Virus record (IMG/VR): IMGVR_UViG_3300045974_000095
Coordinates: 1 to 41,825 of that record
Direction: 5' to 3' (one strand)
Length of the DNA stretch: 41,825 nt
DNA from: a virus
Part shown: positions 6,674 through 15,714 of the stretch, one piece after another
Position numbering within the stretch: the stretch's first letter is position 1
How the letters are laid out: each line of letters opens with the position of its first letter
The notes under the pieces: model-generated
The model's input: only the letters and a program-made list of their open reading frames with translations
Databases searched by the model: none
Told to the model about the DNA's origin: nothing
Translations under genes and position numbers: made by a program

Positions 6674-8498
6674 CGTGTGGACTGTGGACTTCGAAACTGA
6701 GGGCATACAGCCCCGGCCTACCTACCCCCCCGCGCCTGTTGGAGTGGCCCTGAGGGGCCCGCAGGGCACGTCAGAGTACCTTTCTTGGGGTGCGCCCGGG
6801 GGCAATAATACGACCAAAGCGGTGGCAATCCGCAGACTGCAAGAGGTGTGGCGCAGCGGCATTCCACTCCTGTTCCACAACGCGAAGTTCGACCTAGACG
6901 TCGCGGAGACGCACCTGGGTCTGCCCGTGCCTCCGTGGCACCTCTTCCACGACACGCTGTTCCTACTCTTCCTGGCCGACCCCCACGCTCGCACGCTGAG
7001 CTTGAAGCCCGCCGCTGAGAAGTGGTTGGGGCTCCCGCCATCGGAGCGCGACGCGGTGCGTGACTGGGTCCTGGCTCACGTCAAGGGTGCTACCTCCAAG
7101 TCGTGGGGGGCGTACATCTGCAAGGCCCCCGGCGAGCTCGTAGGGAAGTACGCCATCGGTGACGTGGACCGCACCCACCAGCTCTTCGAGTTCCTCTACC
7201 CCGAAATCGTCGACCGGGAGATGCTGGCCCCGTACGACCGTGAGCGTCAGCTGCTGCCTATCCTGCTCGAGAATGAGCGGCAGGGGATGCGCCTCGACGT
7301 GGAGCGGCTCGAGGCGGACCTGCCCATCTACGAGGGGGCGCTCCTGGGGGCGGATGAGTGGTTGCGGGAGCGGCTCGGTGCCCCGCTGCTCAACTGTGAC
7401 AGCGACGCTGAGATAGCGCGGGCGCTCAAGGCCAACGGCATCGTCGAGAAGTTCGTGCTGACGCCCACTGGGCGCGACTCCACGAGCAAGAAGAACCTTA
7501 CCCCCGCCATGTTCAACGACCCGATAGTCGCCAGCGTCCTGGGCTATCGCAACCGAATCACCACCGTGCTGTCCAACAACATGAGGCCGTGGCTTGATCA
7601 GGCGCGGGAGAACAATGGCTATATCTTTACAGAGTGGAACCAGGTCCGCCAAGCCTCCGGAGATAGCGGTTCCAAGGGAACCCGCACGGGGCGTCTGTCC
7701 TGTTCACGGTTTCAGAATATCTCGAAGAGCTTCACCGACAAGGGGGACGGCTACGTCCATCCCGAAGGGCTACCAGACTTGCCTCTGGTGCGACGGTATA
7801 TCCTTGGAGATGAGGGCCAGCTATTCTGTCATCGAGATTACAATCAGCAGGAATTTCGTATCCTCGCTCATTACGAAAGCGGGAGGTTGATGCAGTCGTA
7901 CATCGACAACCCGCGGATGGACATGCACGACTGGATGAAGGCCACCATCACCAGGGTGTCCGGACTCGAGCTCGAACGGCGTGCGGTCAAGATCCTGAAC
8001 TTCGGCATCAACTACGGGATGGGCATCGGCAAGCTCGCGGCGGGGATGGGTGTCGATACCGGGACCGCCACGCGCCTGCGGAACGCGCAGCGGAACGCCG
8101 TGCCCGACGTCTACAACCTCGACAAGGAGCTCAAGCGGCGAGGGCAGAACGGGGAGCCCCTCCGCACCTGGGGTGGGCGGCTCTACTTCTGCGAGCCCCC
8201 GGCGCTCATCGCGGGGCACATGAAGACCTTCGAATACAAGCTCCTCAACTACCTGATTCAAGGTAGTGCGGCGGACTGTACCAAGGAGGCCGTCATACGG
8301 TATAATAGCGAGAAAAAGGATGGGCGCTTCCTGGTCACGGTACACGACGAGATCAACTTCAGTGCGGACGAAGGCGCGGCGGCGGGAGAACTGGCGTTAC
8401 TGAGCGACGTAATGGCTTCAATCGAGTTTGATGTTCCGATGCTGAGCGATGCTAAGGTAGGACTCAACTGGGGCGAGCTCCAGAAGCTAGGGGATTGA
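6663..8498 (+). CDS. Family A DNA polymerase with a 3'-5' exonuclease domain.
   Basis: Exo motifs are VDFETEG, FHNAKFDLDV and YAIGDVDRT. Pol motif A is RDYNQQEFRILAH, motif B is RRAVKILNFGINYGMG and motif C is VTVHDEINF. ATG 6663 follows GGAGGG. Upstream in-frame ATGs at 6630 and 6639 would overlap the HNH gene further. Confidence 0.95.
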   Translation: MLPNVWTVDFETEGIQPRPTYPPAPVGVALRGPQGTSEYLSWGAPGGNNTTKAVAIRRLQEVWRSGIPLLFHNAKFDLDVAETHLGLPVPPWHLFHDTLFLLFLADPHARTLSLKPAAEKWLGLPPSERDAVRDWVLAHVKGATSKSWGAYICKAPGELVGKYAIGDVDRTHQLFEFLYPEIVDREMLAPYDRERQLLPILLENERQGMRLDVERLEADLPIYEGALLGADEWLRERLGAPLLNCDSDAEIARALKANGIVEKFVLTPTGRDSTSKKNLTPAMFNDPIVASVLGYRNRITTVLSNNMRPWLDQARENNGYIFTEWNQVRQASGDSGSKGTRTGRLSCSRFQNISKSFTDKGDGYVHPEGLPDLPLVRRYILGDEGQLFCHRDYNQQEFRILAHYESGRLMQSYIDNPRMDMHDWMKATITRVSGLELERRAVKILNFGINYGMGIGKLAAGMGVDTGTATRLRNAQRNAVPDVYNLDKELKRRGQNGEPLRTWGGRLYFCEPPALIAGHMKTFEYKLLNYLIQGSAADCTKEAVIRYNSEKKDGRFLVTVHDEINFSADEGAAAGELALLSDVMASIEFDVPMLSDAKVGLNWGELQKLGD

Positions 8499-8499
8499 C

Positions 8500-9186
8500 A
8501 TGGGGAATGGGATCACAGCATGGTCGCCGAGCCGACTCTTCACGTACGAAGAGTGCCCGCGGAAGGCGCGGTACAAGTTCATCGAGAAGCTGCCGGACCC
8601 GGGGGGTCCGGCCATGACGCGCGGCACCGAGATCCACGGCTACGCGGAGGGGTATGTGAAGGGCGTGTTGCCCGACGTCCACCCCACGCTCGCCAAGGTG
8701 ACGAAGCTGCTCGAGGAGCTGAAGGCGGGGCACAAGAAGGGTGTCGTCAAGGCCGAGCTGGACCTCGCGGTGACCAAGGACTGGAAGGCCACCTCGTGGT
8801 TCGGCGCCGACGCCTGGGCCCGGTTCAAGATCGACATCCTCTACATGGTCACGCCCCAGCTCGCTCGGGTGATCGACTGGAAGACCGGCAAATACAAACC
8901 GGACGGTGAGTACTCGGACCAGCTGAACTCCTACGCCGTGGCCGCTCTGTCGGTCCTCCCCACCATCGAGGAGACCACCGCCCAGCTCGTGTTCACGGAC
9001 CACGGCTTCGAGCCGGTGGAGCGGCCGGAGGGCACCATCGACCGCCCGAACCTGAAGGCCGCGCAGGAGTACTGGACCGAGCGCGTGGAGCCGTTCTTCA
9101 AGGACGAAGTCTGGGTGACGCGCCCTGGCAACGGATGCCGCTGGTGTCCATACGGAAAGGCGAAGAATGGCCCCTGCGAATTCTGA
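8500..9186 (+). CDS. PD-(D/E)XK exonuclease, Cas4/RecB-like, with a 4-Cys cluster.
   Basis: There is an N-terminal Cys (YEECPRKARYKF), a nuclease core (FKIDILY...VIDWKTGK...QLNSYA) and a C-terminal CRWCPYGKAKNGPC. Confidence 0.8.
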   Translation: MGNGITAWSPSRLFTYEECPRKARYKFIEKLPDPGGPAMTRGTEIHGYAEGYVKGVLPDVHPTLAKVTKLLEELKAGHKKGVVKAELDLAVTKDWKATSWFGADAWARFKIDILYMVTPQLARVIDWKTGKYKPDGEYSDQLNSYAVAALSVLPTIEETTAQLVFTDHGFEPVERPEGTIDRPNLKAAQEYWTERVEPFFKDEVWVTRPGNGCRWCPYGKAKNGPCEF

Positions 9187-9323
9187 CGAGCGGGTGTTCT
9201 CGGTAGTCTTCCAGATCTCTGTGTCCGAGATGTTGCTCCCGGCAGCGCAGTTCAAGTCGCTGCTGACCAATCGGCTGCGGAACATCGAAACCAACGTCAA
9301 GATGGAACGATCGAGGCAACTCC

Positions 9324-9506
9324 ATGAGCAAGCGAAAAATCGGCACCTGTCCGTTGTGTCGGGGGGACGTGAGGGAGACCCACACGGCGGGTAGGTGGGA
9401 GTGTGACAAGTGTCACGCAACGCTGCTCGTAGGTCACGGCCCGCAGGAGGCTTGGCCCCATCTCGAAGAAGGAGAACCAAATGTCGATGCTGGAAAGAAC
9501 CATTGA
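9324..9506 (+). CDS. Small zinc-ribbon protein (tentative).
   Basis: The protein is 60 aa with CPLC...CDKC. A GAGG lies 7 nt upstream. It overlaps the VRR-NUC start by 26 nt. Confidence 0.35.
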   Translation: MSKRKIGTCPLCRGDVRETHTAGRWECDKCHATLLVGHGPQEAWPHLEEGEPNVDAGKNH

Positions 9507-9780
9507 GAACGCCGTGCTCGCGTACGCGAAGCGCAAGTACGACGCTGTCGTAGTCAAGATGAACTTGCAGGGGCGGCGCTCCTGGCCGGACCGCCTGTTC
9601 TTCCCGCCCGGTGGGGTTCCGTTCTTCATCGAGTTCAAGCGGGCGGGAACCAAGCCGACGCCTCTGCAGGACAACACCCACCGGAAGCTGGCGAACCTGG
9701 GCTACCGGGTCTGGGTCATCGACGACATCAGCCAGGGGAAGCAGGTCATCGATCACGCCTACGGGAACGTGACCCTGTGA
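9481..9780 (+). CDS. VRR-NUC domain nuclease.
   Basis: WPDRLFF..GGVPFFIEFKRAGTKPTPLQ....LANLGYRVWVI is the VRR-NUC signature. The RBS is AAGGAG. Confidence 0.8.
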   Translation: MSMLERTIENAVLAYAKRKYDAVVVKMNLQGRRSWPDRLFFPPGGVPFFIEFKRAGTKPTPLQDNTHRKLANLGYRVWVIDDISQGKQVIDHAYGNVTL

Positions 9781-11135
9781 AATACGTCCCCCACGAGTAC
9801 CAGAAGACCGCCATCAAGTGGATGGCGGGGCACGGCAGCGCCGCTCTATTCCAGGACCCTGGGATGGGCAAGACGTCCGAGACCTACGCCGCATTCAAGC
9901 TGCTCCGGCAGGCTGGAATGGTGAAGCGTATGCTCATCATCGCGCCGCTGCGCCCCGCCCACTCCGTCTGGCCCGCCGAGGCCCGCAAGTGGGACGACTT
10001 CAAGGACCTCAACGTCCACGTGCTCCATGGCCCGAACAAGCTGACCCTCCTGGACCAGCCCCACGACGTGAGCGTCATCAACCCCGAGGGTCTGGAGTGG
10101 CTGTTCCAGCAGATGAAGCTTCGGGGCTGGTGGTGGGACATGCTCGTGGTCGACGAGTCCACCAAGTTCAAGCACTCCAACACGAAGCGGTTCAAGACCC
10201 TGAAGTCCTTCCTTCCCAGGTTCAAGCGGCGGTACATCCTCACAGGGAGCCCTGCACCCAATGGCCTTCTCGACCTCTTCGGGCAAATCTACATCCTCGA
10301 CCTCGGGCACTCGCTCGGCAAGTTCGTCACGCACTACCGAACGTCATATTTTGACTCGGTGGGCTTTGGGGGCTTCACCTGGGTCCCCCGAGCCGGAGCC
10401 GCTGAAGTTATCACGGAGAAGCTCAAGCCTCTTGTACTCCGCATGGCGGGCAGCGATTACCTCAAGCTTCCACCTCTGATCAACAACACCGTCAAGATCG
10501 AGCTGCCCGACAAGGCCCGCAAGATCTACGACCAGATGGAGGCCCTGCTGCTCGCCACCATCGAGGACCAGATCATTACCGCCGCCAGCTCCGGGGCTGC
10601 GACAATGAAGTGCCGCCAAATCGCCAACGGGGGAATCTACCATGAGGGGGCCAAAGCCTGGGAGCACGTCCACAACGCCAAGACCGAGGCAGTCCAGGAT
10701 CTGGTCGAGGAACTGGGTGGTAAGCCCGCTCTCATCGCCTACGAGTTCCGCCACGATCTTGCGCGACTTCAGGCCGCGTTTCCTGACGCTCCGTACCTGG
10801 GGGGTGGCATCACTACTAAGCAGTCCTCGGATGTTCAGGCTGCTTGGAACGCTGGAATACTTCCTGTTCTTCTGGCCCAACCGCAGAGCGTCGCGCACGG
10901 CCTCAATCTCCAGGGAGTTGGGTCTGCGGTCATCTGGCACTCACTTACCTGGGACCTTGAACTTTACGAGCAGTTTGTTCGGCGAGTCTGGAGGCAAGGC
11001 CAGCGAGACAGAATTGTATGTCATCACATCGTTGCCACGAACACGGTCGACGAAGTGATCATGGCGGGGGTGGGGGCCAAGGACCGCACTCAGCAAGCCC
11101 TGCTCAACGCACTCAAGGCTTATCTGAAGGCATAG
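9777..11135 (+). CDS. SNF2-family (SF2) DNA helicase / translocase.
   Basis: Motifs are DPGMGKT (Walker A), VVDESTKFK (DExx), LTGSPAPNGLLDL and the C-terminal helicase motifs (QPQSVAHGLNLQ, VWRQGQ). The GTG start overlaps the VRR-NUC stop. Confidence 0.9.
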   Translation: MKYVPHEYQKTAIKWMAGHGSAALFQDPGMGKTSETYAAFKLLRQAGMVKRMLIIAPLRPAHSVWPAEARKWDDFKDLNVHVLHGPNKLTLLDQPHDVSVINPEGLEWLFQQMKLRGWWWDMLVVDESTKFKHSNTKRFKTLKSFLPRFKRRYILTGSPAPNGLLDLFGQIYILDLGHSLGKFVTHYRTSYFDSVGFGGFTWVPRAGAAEVITEKLKPLVLRMAGSDYLKLPPLINNTVKIELPDKARKIYDQMEALLLATIEDQIITAASSGAATMKCRQIANGGIYHEGAKAWEHVHNAKTEAVQDLVEELGGKPALIAYEFRHDLARLQAAFPDAPYLGGGITTKQSSDVQAAWNAGILPVLLAQPQSVAHGLNLQGVGSAVIWHSLTWDLELYEQFVRRVWRQGQRDRIVCHHIVATNTVDEVIMAGVGAKDRTQQALLNALKAYLKA

Positions 11136-11139
11136 AAAA

Positions 11140-11164
11140 GGCCCGGGGGGCTACCCCCCGGGCC
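11140..11164. terminator. Bidirectional hairpin at the convergence point of the two transcription arms.
   Basis: GGCCCGGGGGG-cta-CCCCCCGGGCC is an 11-bp perfect stem lying between the SNF2 stop (11135) and the last minus-strand gene (11282). Confidence 0.6.
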
Positions 11165-11281
11165 CGCCCTACGCCCCTTCAAAGTGGCCCCTCCCTGCTA
11201 TATCCGAGGGAGCCGGCTCGGCTAGGAGATCACCGCTCGGCAGCTAGTGAGCGATGTAGGGTAGCAGGGTTCCCGTGCGAA

Positions 11282-11617
11282 CTACCTCTTCCTGAGCTGG
11301 GGGTTGACTTCCGGTGCGATGGCCTGCCGGATCCAGCTTACGTCCTTCTTGACCTCGGCCACATCGACCTTGAGGTCGGACAGCGTGGCTGACGTACCGG
11401 CCTCCGCGGTGGCGTAGGACTTCTGCACCTCCTTGAGGGAGGCCATGTCTACCGCCTGCTGGGAGGCGTGGTTGGAGTACTCCACGCGGGACACGAAGGT
11501 GGACGTCGCCCACAGGAACATGGCGACGATGGTGGTCACTGTCGTACCTGTCACGGTGATGGCAAGCTTCGCCCACGGTGGCAGGTTGATCTGCCTATTC
11601 TCGTCAGTGTCCCTCAC
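11282..11617 (-). CDS. Type-II membrane protein with a coiled-coil ectodomain (i-spanin-like; last gene of the lysis cassette).
   Basis: An N-terminal TM segment (AKLAITVTGTTVTTIVAMFLWA) is followed by helical/charged sequence (DLKVDVAEVKKDVSWIRQ). Confidence 0.4.
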   Translation of the reverse strand: MRDTDENRQINLPPWAKLAITVTGTTVTTIVAMFLWATSTFVSRVEYSNHASQQAVDMASLKEVQKSYATAEAGTSATLSDLKVDVAEVKKDVSWIRQAIAPEVNPQLRKR

Positions 11618-11618
11618 G

Positions 11619-12125
11619 TTAGAACTCCCACCGAGCCGCTGGCCCGAAGTACCACGTATCCGCTTTGATGATGCCGACCCCGGCCCACAGCGGTCCGAAC
11701 ACTCGCATCGTGGCGGCTCCAGAGCCCGCCCATCGCCCCGTCCCTGGCGCTATCCCAGCCACCCCCTCCAGAGCCAGCCACGAGCGAGCATCTACAGTCT
11801 TCGAAGTCTTTTCGTCCATCTTGGTCGTGGTATCGACTCCACCCTGGTTCACGATGACGGTGGTGACCTTGTCCTTCTCGACCACCTTTTCCACCGTGAC
11901 CGTCGGGCCCGCTGGCCCTGGCACCGTCACAGTCTTGGTAGTGATCCGCACCGGCCCCTGCTCCTTCACGATGCGGTCCTGGTAGACGATCTTCTCCTGG
12001 ATCTGGATCTTGGTCTCCGTCTTGGTGACGGTCTTCGGGGGGAGGGTATACTTCGCGACGACCACGCCCCCGCAGAGCCCGGCCACCAGACAGATGGCGG
12101 GGATCTTGTATTGGGTCAGGGACAT
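11619..12125 (-). CDS. N-terminally anchored envelope protein with a beta-rich C-terminus ending in an aromatic residue (possible spanin or outer-membrane component).
   Basis: ATG 12125 follows GGAG. There is a TM/signal-anchor (IPAICLVAGLCGGVVVA) but no canonical lipobox. Repetitive TVTK/TKT beta-like segments are present, and the C-terminus is ...WYFGPAARWEF. Confidence 0.4.
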   Translation of the reverse strand: MSLTQYKIPAICLVAGLCGGVVVAKYTLPPKTVTKTETKIQIQEKIVYQDRIVKEQGPVRITTKTVTVPGPAGPTVTVEKVVEKDKVTTVIVNQGGVDTTTKMDEKTSKTVDARSWLALEGVAGIAPGTGRWAGSGAATMRVFGPLWAGVGIIKADTWYFGPAARWEF

Positions 12126-12292
12126 GGTAGCTCCAGACTGGGGATCTCGCGGATGTGCTTCTTCCCGTACTGCCATGCGACCTGCACGATCCAGGAGAGA
12201 CTACGGTCCAGCCTGCGGGCCTCGTGCTCGATCTCCCGCTGCATCTCTTCGGGGAAGTAGAGGGACTGCTTGCGCTTGTCGTGCCCGCTCAT
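12116..12292 (-). CDS. Small ribbon-helix-helix-like protein embedded in the lysis cassette.
   Basis: The sequence is MSGHDKRKQSLYFPEEMQREIEHEARRLDRSLSWIVQVAWQYG. The KQSLYFPEEM...RLDRSLSWIVQ pattern matches, from memory, a small Myxococcales-restricted RHH-type family. The start overlaps the upstream stop (ATGA). Confidence 0.5.
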   Translation of the reverse strand: MSGHDKRKQSLYFPEEMQREIEHEARRLDRSLSWIVQVAWQYGKKHIREIPSLELPCP

Positions 12293-12411
12293 GGCAGGTC
12301 CCGGGGAAGCTGCAAAGACTTCTCGGTGATCGACCGCTTGGCGACGAACCAGCCCTGGGCGAGCCACACCAGGAAGAGCACGATGGGCAGCGCAATGAGA
12401 ATGTAGGTCAT
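12289..12411 (-). CDS. 40-aa single-TM protein (antiholin or holin partner candidate).
   Basis: The sequence is MTYILIALPIVLFLVWLAQGWFVAKRS.... ATGA overlaps occur at both ends (with the holin stop at 12408 and the RHH start at 12292), which indicates translational coupling. Confidence 0.45.
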   Translation of the reverse strand: MTYILIALPIVLFLVWLAQGWFVAKRSITEKSLQLPRDLP

Positions 12412-12653
12412 GGCTCCCCCGGCTTCTTGTCCGTCATGAGCGTGGCGAAGCCGCCCTTGAGCCCAGCGCCCCCGACGGCTGCCGTGCCGACGGACTTCGC
12501 AGCGTAGGCGGAGGCCAAGCCGACCAGCCCGCCGGAGAAGAATACGTACACGTCCTTGCGATGCTCGTCCTTGACGAAGAACAGTCCCAGGACCAGCATG
12601 ATGATTGCAACCAAGACCACTACGAAGGTCCGCCACCCGTCGATCTTCTTCAC
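12408..12653 (-). CDS. Holin candidate (two TM segments).
   Basis: The protein is 81 aa with TM1 WRTFVVVLVAIIMLVLGLFFV and TM2 VYVFFSGGLVGLASAYAA. It lies immediately downstream of the wall-active enzyme gene, with a 4-nt overlap. Confidence 0.6.
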   Translation of the reverse strand: MKKIDGWRTFVVVLVAIIMLVLGLFFVKDEHRKDVYVFFSGGLVGLASAYAAKSVGTAAVGGAGLKGGFATLMTDKKPGEP

Positions 12654-13015
12654 GCCACCACCTCCAGATCAGTGTCCTCGCTGCGCCAGATATCTTCCCG
12701 CACGCGGCGGGGGAGGATGATGCAGCCCTGACTGGCCTCGCCGGGGAATTTCACGCTGTCGCCGTGGACCAGAAAGCCGTCACGCCCAAAGGTCTCGGTG
12801 GGCGGCTTCGGGGCCAGCCGGAGGCAGAAGGGGCCGTGGCCCCTAGAATCGAACACCGCGATGATGGCCCAGAGCCCCTGGGGGATGGGCCCTTCGCACT
12901 TGCGATCCTGGCACTCCGGGCGGTTCTTGGCTTCCCCACAGCCGGAGTAACCCGTGGCGTGGAACTGGCCCTCCGGGTTGGTCAGCGCCCCCGTGCTCTG
13001 TGAGAAGCGCCACAT
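12650..13015 (-). CDS. DUF2778 / Tlde1-like L,D-transpeptidase-fold (YkuD-like) enzyme; endolysin candidate.
   Basis: YSGCGEAKNRPECQDRKCEGPIPQGLW and LVHGDSVKFPGEASQGCIIL give the His...S-x-G-C catalytic signature of the YkuD/Tlde1 fold. There is no signal peptide and the holin gene is adjacent. Confidence 0.55.
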   Translation of the reverse strand: MWRFSQSTGALTNPEGQFHATGYSGCGEAKNRPECQDRKCEGPIPQGLWAIIAVFDSRGHGPFCLRLAPKPPTETFGRDGFLVHGDSVKFPGEASQGCIILPRRVREDIWRSEDTDLEVVA

Positions 13016-13954
13016 CTAGATCTCCTTCACGTAGAGCTTGGCGTAGCGGACGAAGGATCGCGAAGTGGCGACGACGGACTTCACCTGGAGCTTGAAGGTG
13101 TAGGTTCCAGCGACGGGCACGGTGAGCGCGAACATGGTCCCCGGGGGGAAGCTGGCGGAGCCGTCCGCCGCACCGTCGTTCTTGGGGCAGGGGAGCTGCG
13201 TGAACCCGACGACCGTGGCACCCTGGAGCACCTGGAACTCCACCCCCGCGAGCGTGGCAGCGGAGTTGCTGGCCCCGAGCTGGAAGTCGTTCACCCCGTT
13301 GCCGTCGTCCACCACGTAGATCTCGATGGGCCTGCCGGTGGCAACGAAGCCCGTCACCACCGCGTTCGTTACATCGGTCCACGCGAGGTTGGTGGTGTTG
13401 AAGGATCCCGTGCTCAGAGCGCTGAGCGCGTAGTTCGGGGCCGCGCCCACGACAATTTTGCCATCCTTGTCGAGAGCGAACTTCTCGACGCCAGCATTCT
13501 TGATGGAGAGCAGCTTCGCCCCCACAGTCGTCAGCGCCGCCGTCACGTCGAGGGTGTGGGCCACCGCCGAAGCTCCATCGGCCACGCCGGACTCGACCTT
13601 GCCAGTCGACAGACCGAGGTCACCATCGATCTGTACATCGGTGTAGAAGCGAGCGAGCGCCGCGGCGAAGAATGCCTTGACGGCACCCACGAATGTTACC
13701 CCCACGCCCAGAGCAGTTCGGTAGAACCCAGTACCAGTCTGGTTGGTGAATGTGATGCCCGGGTTCACGGACGTACCGTCGAGGTTCTGGAAGGGCACCA
13801 GCATCCCGCCCTTGCCCGACCGCGACAAGCTGTCCTGGATCTCGGCTGCGAGATCGGCCATCGTGGGGTTGGCCCAGGAGGTGTCAATCTCGGTGTCGGA
13901 CACCACCGGGTTTCCGGAGGGGAGGGTCATGTTACCGCTTGGGTCGCGAGGCAT
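13016..13954 (-). CDS. Tail fibre protein.
   Basis: The conserved fibre N-terminus is LPSGNPVVSDTEIDTSWANPTMADLAAEIQDSLSRSGKGGM...GTSVNPGITFTNQTGTGFYR. The C-terminal domain is beta-rich. Confidence 0.7.
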   Translation of the reverse strand: MPRDPSGNMTLPSGNPVVSDTEIDTSWANPTMADLAAEIQDSLSRSGKGGMLVPFQNLDGTSVNPGITFTNQTGTGFYRTALGVGVTFVGAVKAFFAAALARFYTDVQIDGDLGLSTGKVESGVADGASAVAHTLDVTAALTTVGAKLLSIKNAGVEKFALDKDGKIVVGAAPNYALSALSTGSFNTTNLAWTDVTNAVVTGFVATGRPIEIYVVDDGNGVNDFQLGASNSAATLAGVEFQVLQGATVVGFTQLPCPKNDGAADGSASFPPGTMFALTVPVAGTYTFKLQVKSVVATSRSFVRYAKLYVKEI

Positions 13955-15714
13955 TACTCATTCTCCTTCTGAACTGCGAGCAGGCGGATGAGTGCCTGGG
14001 TTTCGTCGGGGACACCACCCTGAGCCGCCCGCAGAGCGGGCTGCCAGAACGTCTCGCCCTTGAGGAAGTTCTGCCCCCAGGGAGTATAGGCTCCGCTGAG
14101 GCCACCCACAACCCCGAGGGCGCGCTTGCGGAGCGCTGCCAAGGCGAAGGGTCCACCGCCCGCCGCCTGGATGGCGCGAGCAGCTTCAGCCGACGGCGGA
14201 GGGGTGAGGGCGGAGTCCGCTGCCTCGATGAACTCCCGCTGCGGACCGCCTGCTCCGGTGGCCGTGCCCATCGTCCCCAGGCGTGCCTCCTTGGCCTGGG
14301 CGAGCGCATTGGGCTGGAAGTTCTTGGAGGTCTTCAGGCCCGAGCCAGCGGCGGAGGCGTCGGCGACCATGTGACCGTAGTTCCAGGACTTGTCCGTGGC
14401 GGTGAGGCGGGCGGCAGCGTCTGGCGGGAGATAGCCCGCCAGCTCGCCAGACAGATGCTTGTCGGCCTCCACCAGCGCCGCCTTCACGGACTGTCCGTCG
14501 AGGTCGGCGTTGGGGCCGATCTTGCGCATCAGGTCGCGGACGTTCGACCGCGCCTGATGCATGAGGTTCCAGCTGGGAGCTCCGTTGTGCATCGGACTGA
14601 GTGCTCCGTTGATGAGCTTCTTCGCGTTGGCGGACGCAGCATCCGTCATGGGGATAGCCTGCGTGATGTTGTCCGCCAGCGTGATCGAGTTCTGCGGAGC
14701 CCACTGAATCAGACCCGTTCCCTGTCCGGGGGCCAGCTTGCGGATGGACTCGTACTCATTGTCGAGTCGATCCAGCGCAGTCTTCAGAAACTTGTGGGTA
14801 TCGCCACCGGGGATGGGCTGCCCGCTGATGGGCGAAGTCCGGCCAGTGACCTGACCCAGGTTGGGGGCCATCTCCGCTTCGATGCGGTTGTCCAGGATGC
14901 CGAGACTCTTGTCGTACGCCCGCCGCATGATCGGGCCTGCGATGGGCACGTTGGCCGTCGCGTGCTCGAGCCGGTTGAGGAACTTCCCAGGTTGATACTG
15001 CCCTGCGGTCATCTCGCTGCCGTAGCCCTGATCCACGAGGACCTTGCCCGCGCCCTCGGGGGTGATGGGCCTGCCGAGCCAGTTGATGGCCTTCCCGGCA
15101 GCGCCCAGACCAAGGGCTGTGGAACCACCAGTTAGGGCGCTCTGGACCCTGTCACCGGGGTCGGAGAACACGCCGCCCTGCACCGCCCCGCCCCTGACCA
15201 GAGCGCCAAAGGTCTGCGGTCCTGGACGCACGGTCGCCAGGGCAGGAAGCATCCCACCGATCGTGCGCGGTACTCCACCCGACAGGGCGTGTCCCTTGGT
15301 CAGCCGGTTGAGGTCCTTGGACTCGTCCCTCACCTCTTCGTCAGACGCCCCCACAAGGCGACCATTGGTTGCCAGATTCTCGACTTGCCGAAGAGCGTGA
15401 GTCGTGCCGCCAGAGAACGAGGCAAGGCCCCGGTCCACCGGACCCAGCTTGTCAGCTTCAGCTTGACGTGCAGATTCCACCAGTCGAGCATTTTCCTCTC
15501 CCAGCTTCTCGTGGATCTTCGCGAGAGCTTCGGTATTGCCGTCAGCCCGTGCCCTGGATGCGGCGGAGAGCAGACGGTCCTGGTACGATCGCTGGTCCAC
15601 GCCCTTCATCTGGGCAGCGTAGATGCGCTTGTCAATCTCGGCCACGGCCTCGGCGTTGCCGTCGGCCTCTGCCGCCTTTCGAGCGCTGATCAGCTTGTCG
15701 AGATTCGCGGCCAT
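13954..15714 (-). CDS. Large internal virion / ejection protein (no enzymatic motif recognised).
   Basis: The protein is 586 aa with an Ala/Gly-rich helical N-terminus. It lies between the internal-protein block and the tail fibre, as in podoviruses. Confidence 0.4.
   Translation of the reverse strand: MAANLDKLISARKAAEADGNAEAVAEIDKRIYAAQMKGVDQRSYQDRLLSAASRARADGNTEALAKIHEKLGEENARLVESARQAEADKLGPVDRGLASFSGGTTHALRQVENLATNGRLVGASDEEVRDESKDLNRLTKGHALSGGVPRTIGGMLPALATVRPGPQTFGALVRGGAVQGGVFSDPGDRVQSALTGGSTALGLGAAGKAINWLGRPITPEGAGKVLVDQGYGSEMTAGQYQPGKFLNRLEHATANVPIAGPIMRRAYDKSLGILDNRIEAEMAPNLGQVTGRTSPISGQPIPGGDTHKFLKTALDRLDNEYESIRKLAPGQGTGLIQWAPQNSITLADNITQAIPMTDAASANAKKLINGALSPMHNGAPSWNLMHQARSNVRDLMRKIGPNADLDGQSVKAALVEADKHLSGELAGYLPPDAAARLTATDKSWNYGHMVADASAAGSGLKTSKNFQPNALAQAKEARLGTMGTATGAGGPQREFIEAADSALTPPPSAEAARAIQAAGGGPFALAALRKRALGVVGGLSGAYTPWGQNFLKGETFWQPALRAAQGGVPDETQALIRLLAVQKENE

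Noticed and set aside
12116-12292. The RHH gene as evidence of a lysogeny module or temperate lifestyle.
   Set aside because: No integrase, excisionase, partition system or CI-like repressor is recognisable anywhere. A single small RHH gene in the lysis cassette is insufficient.
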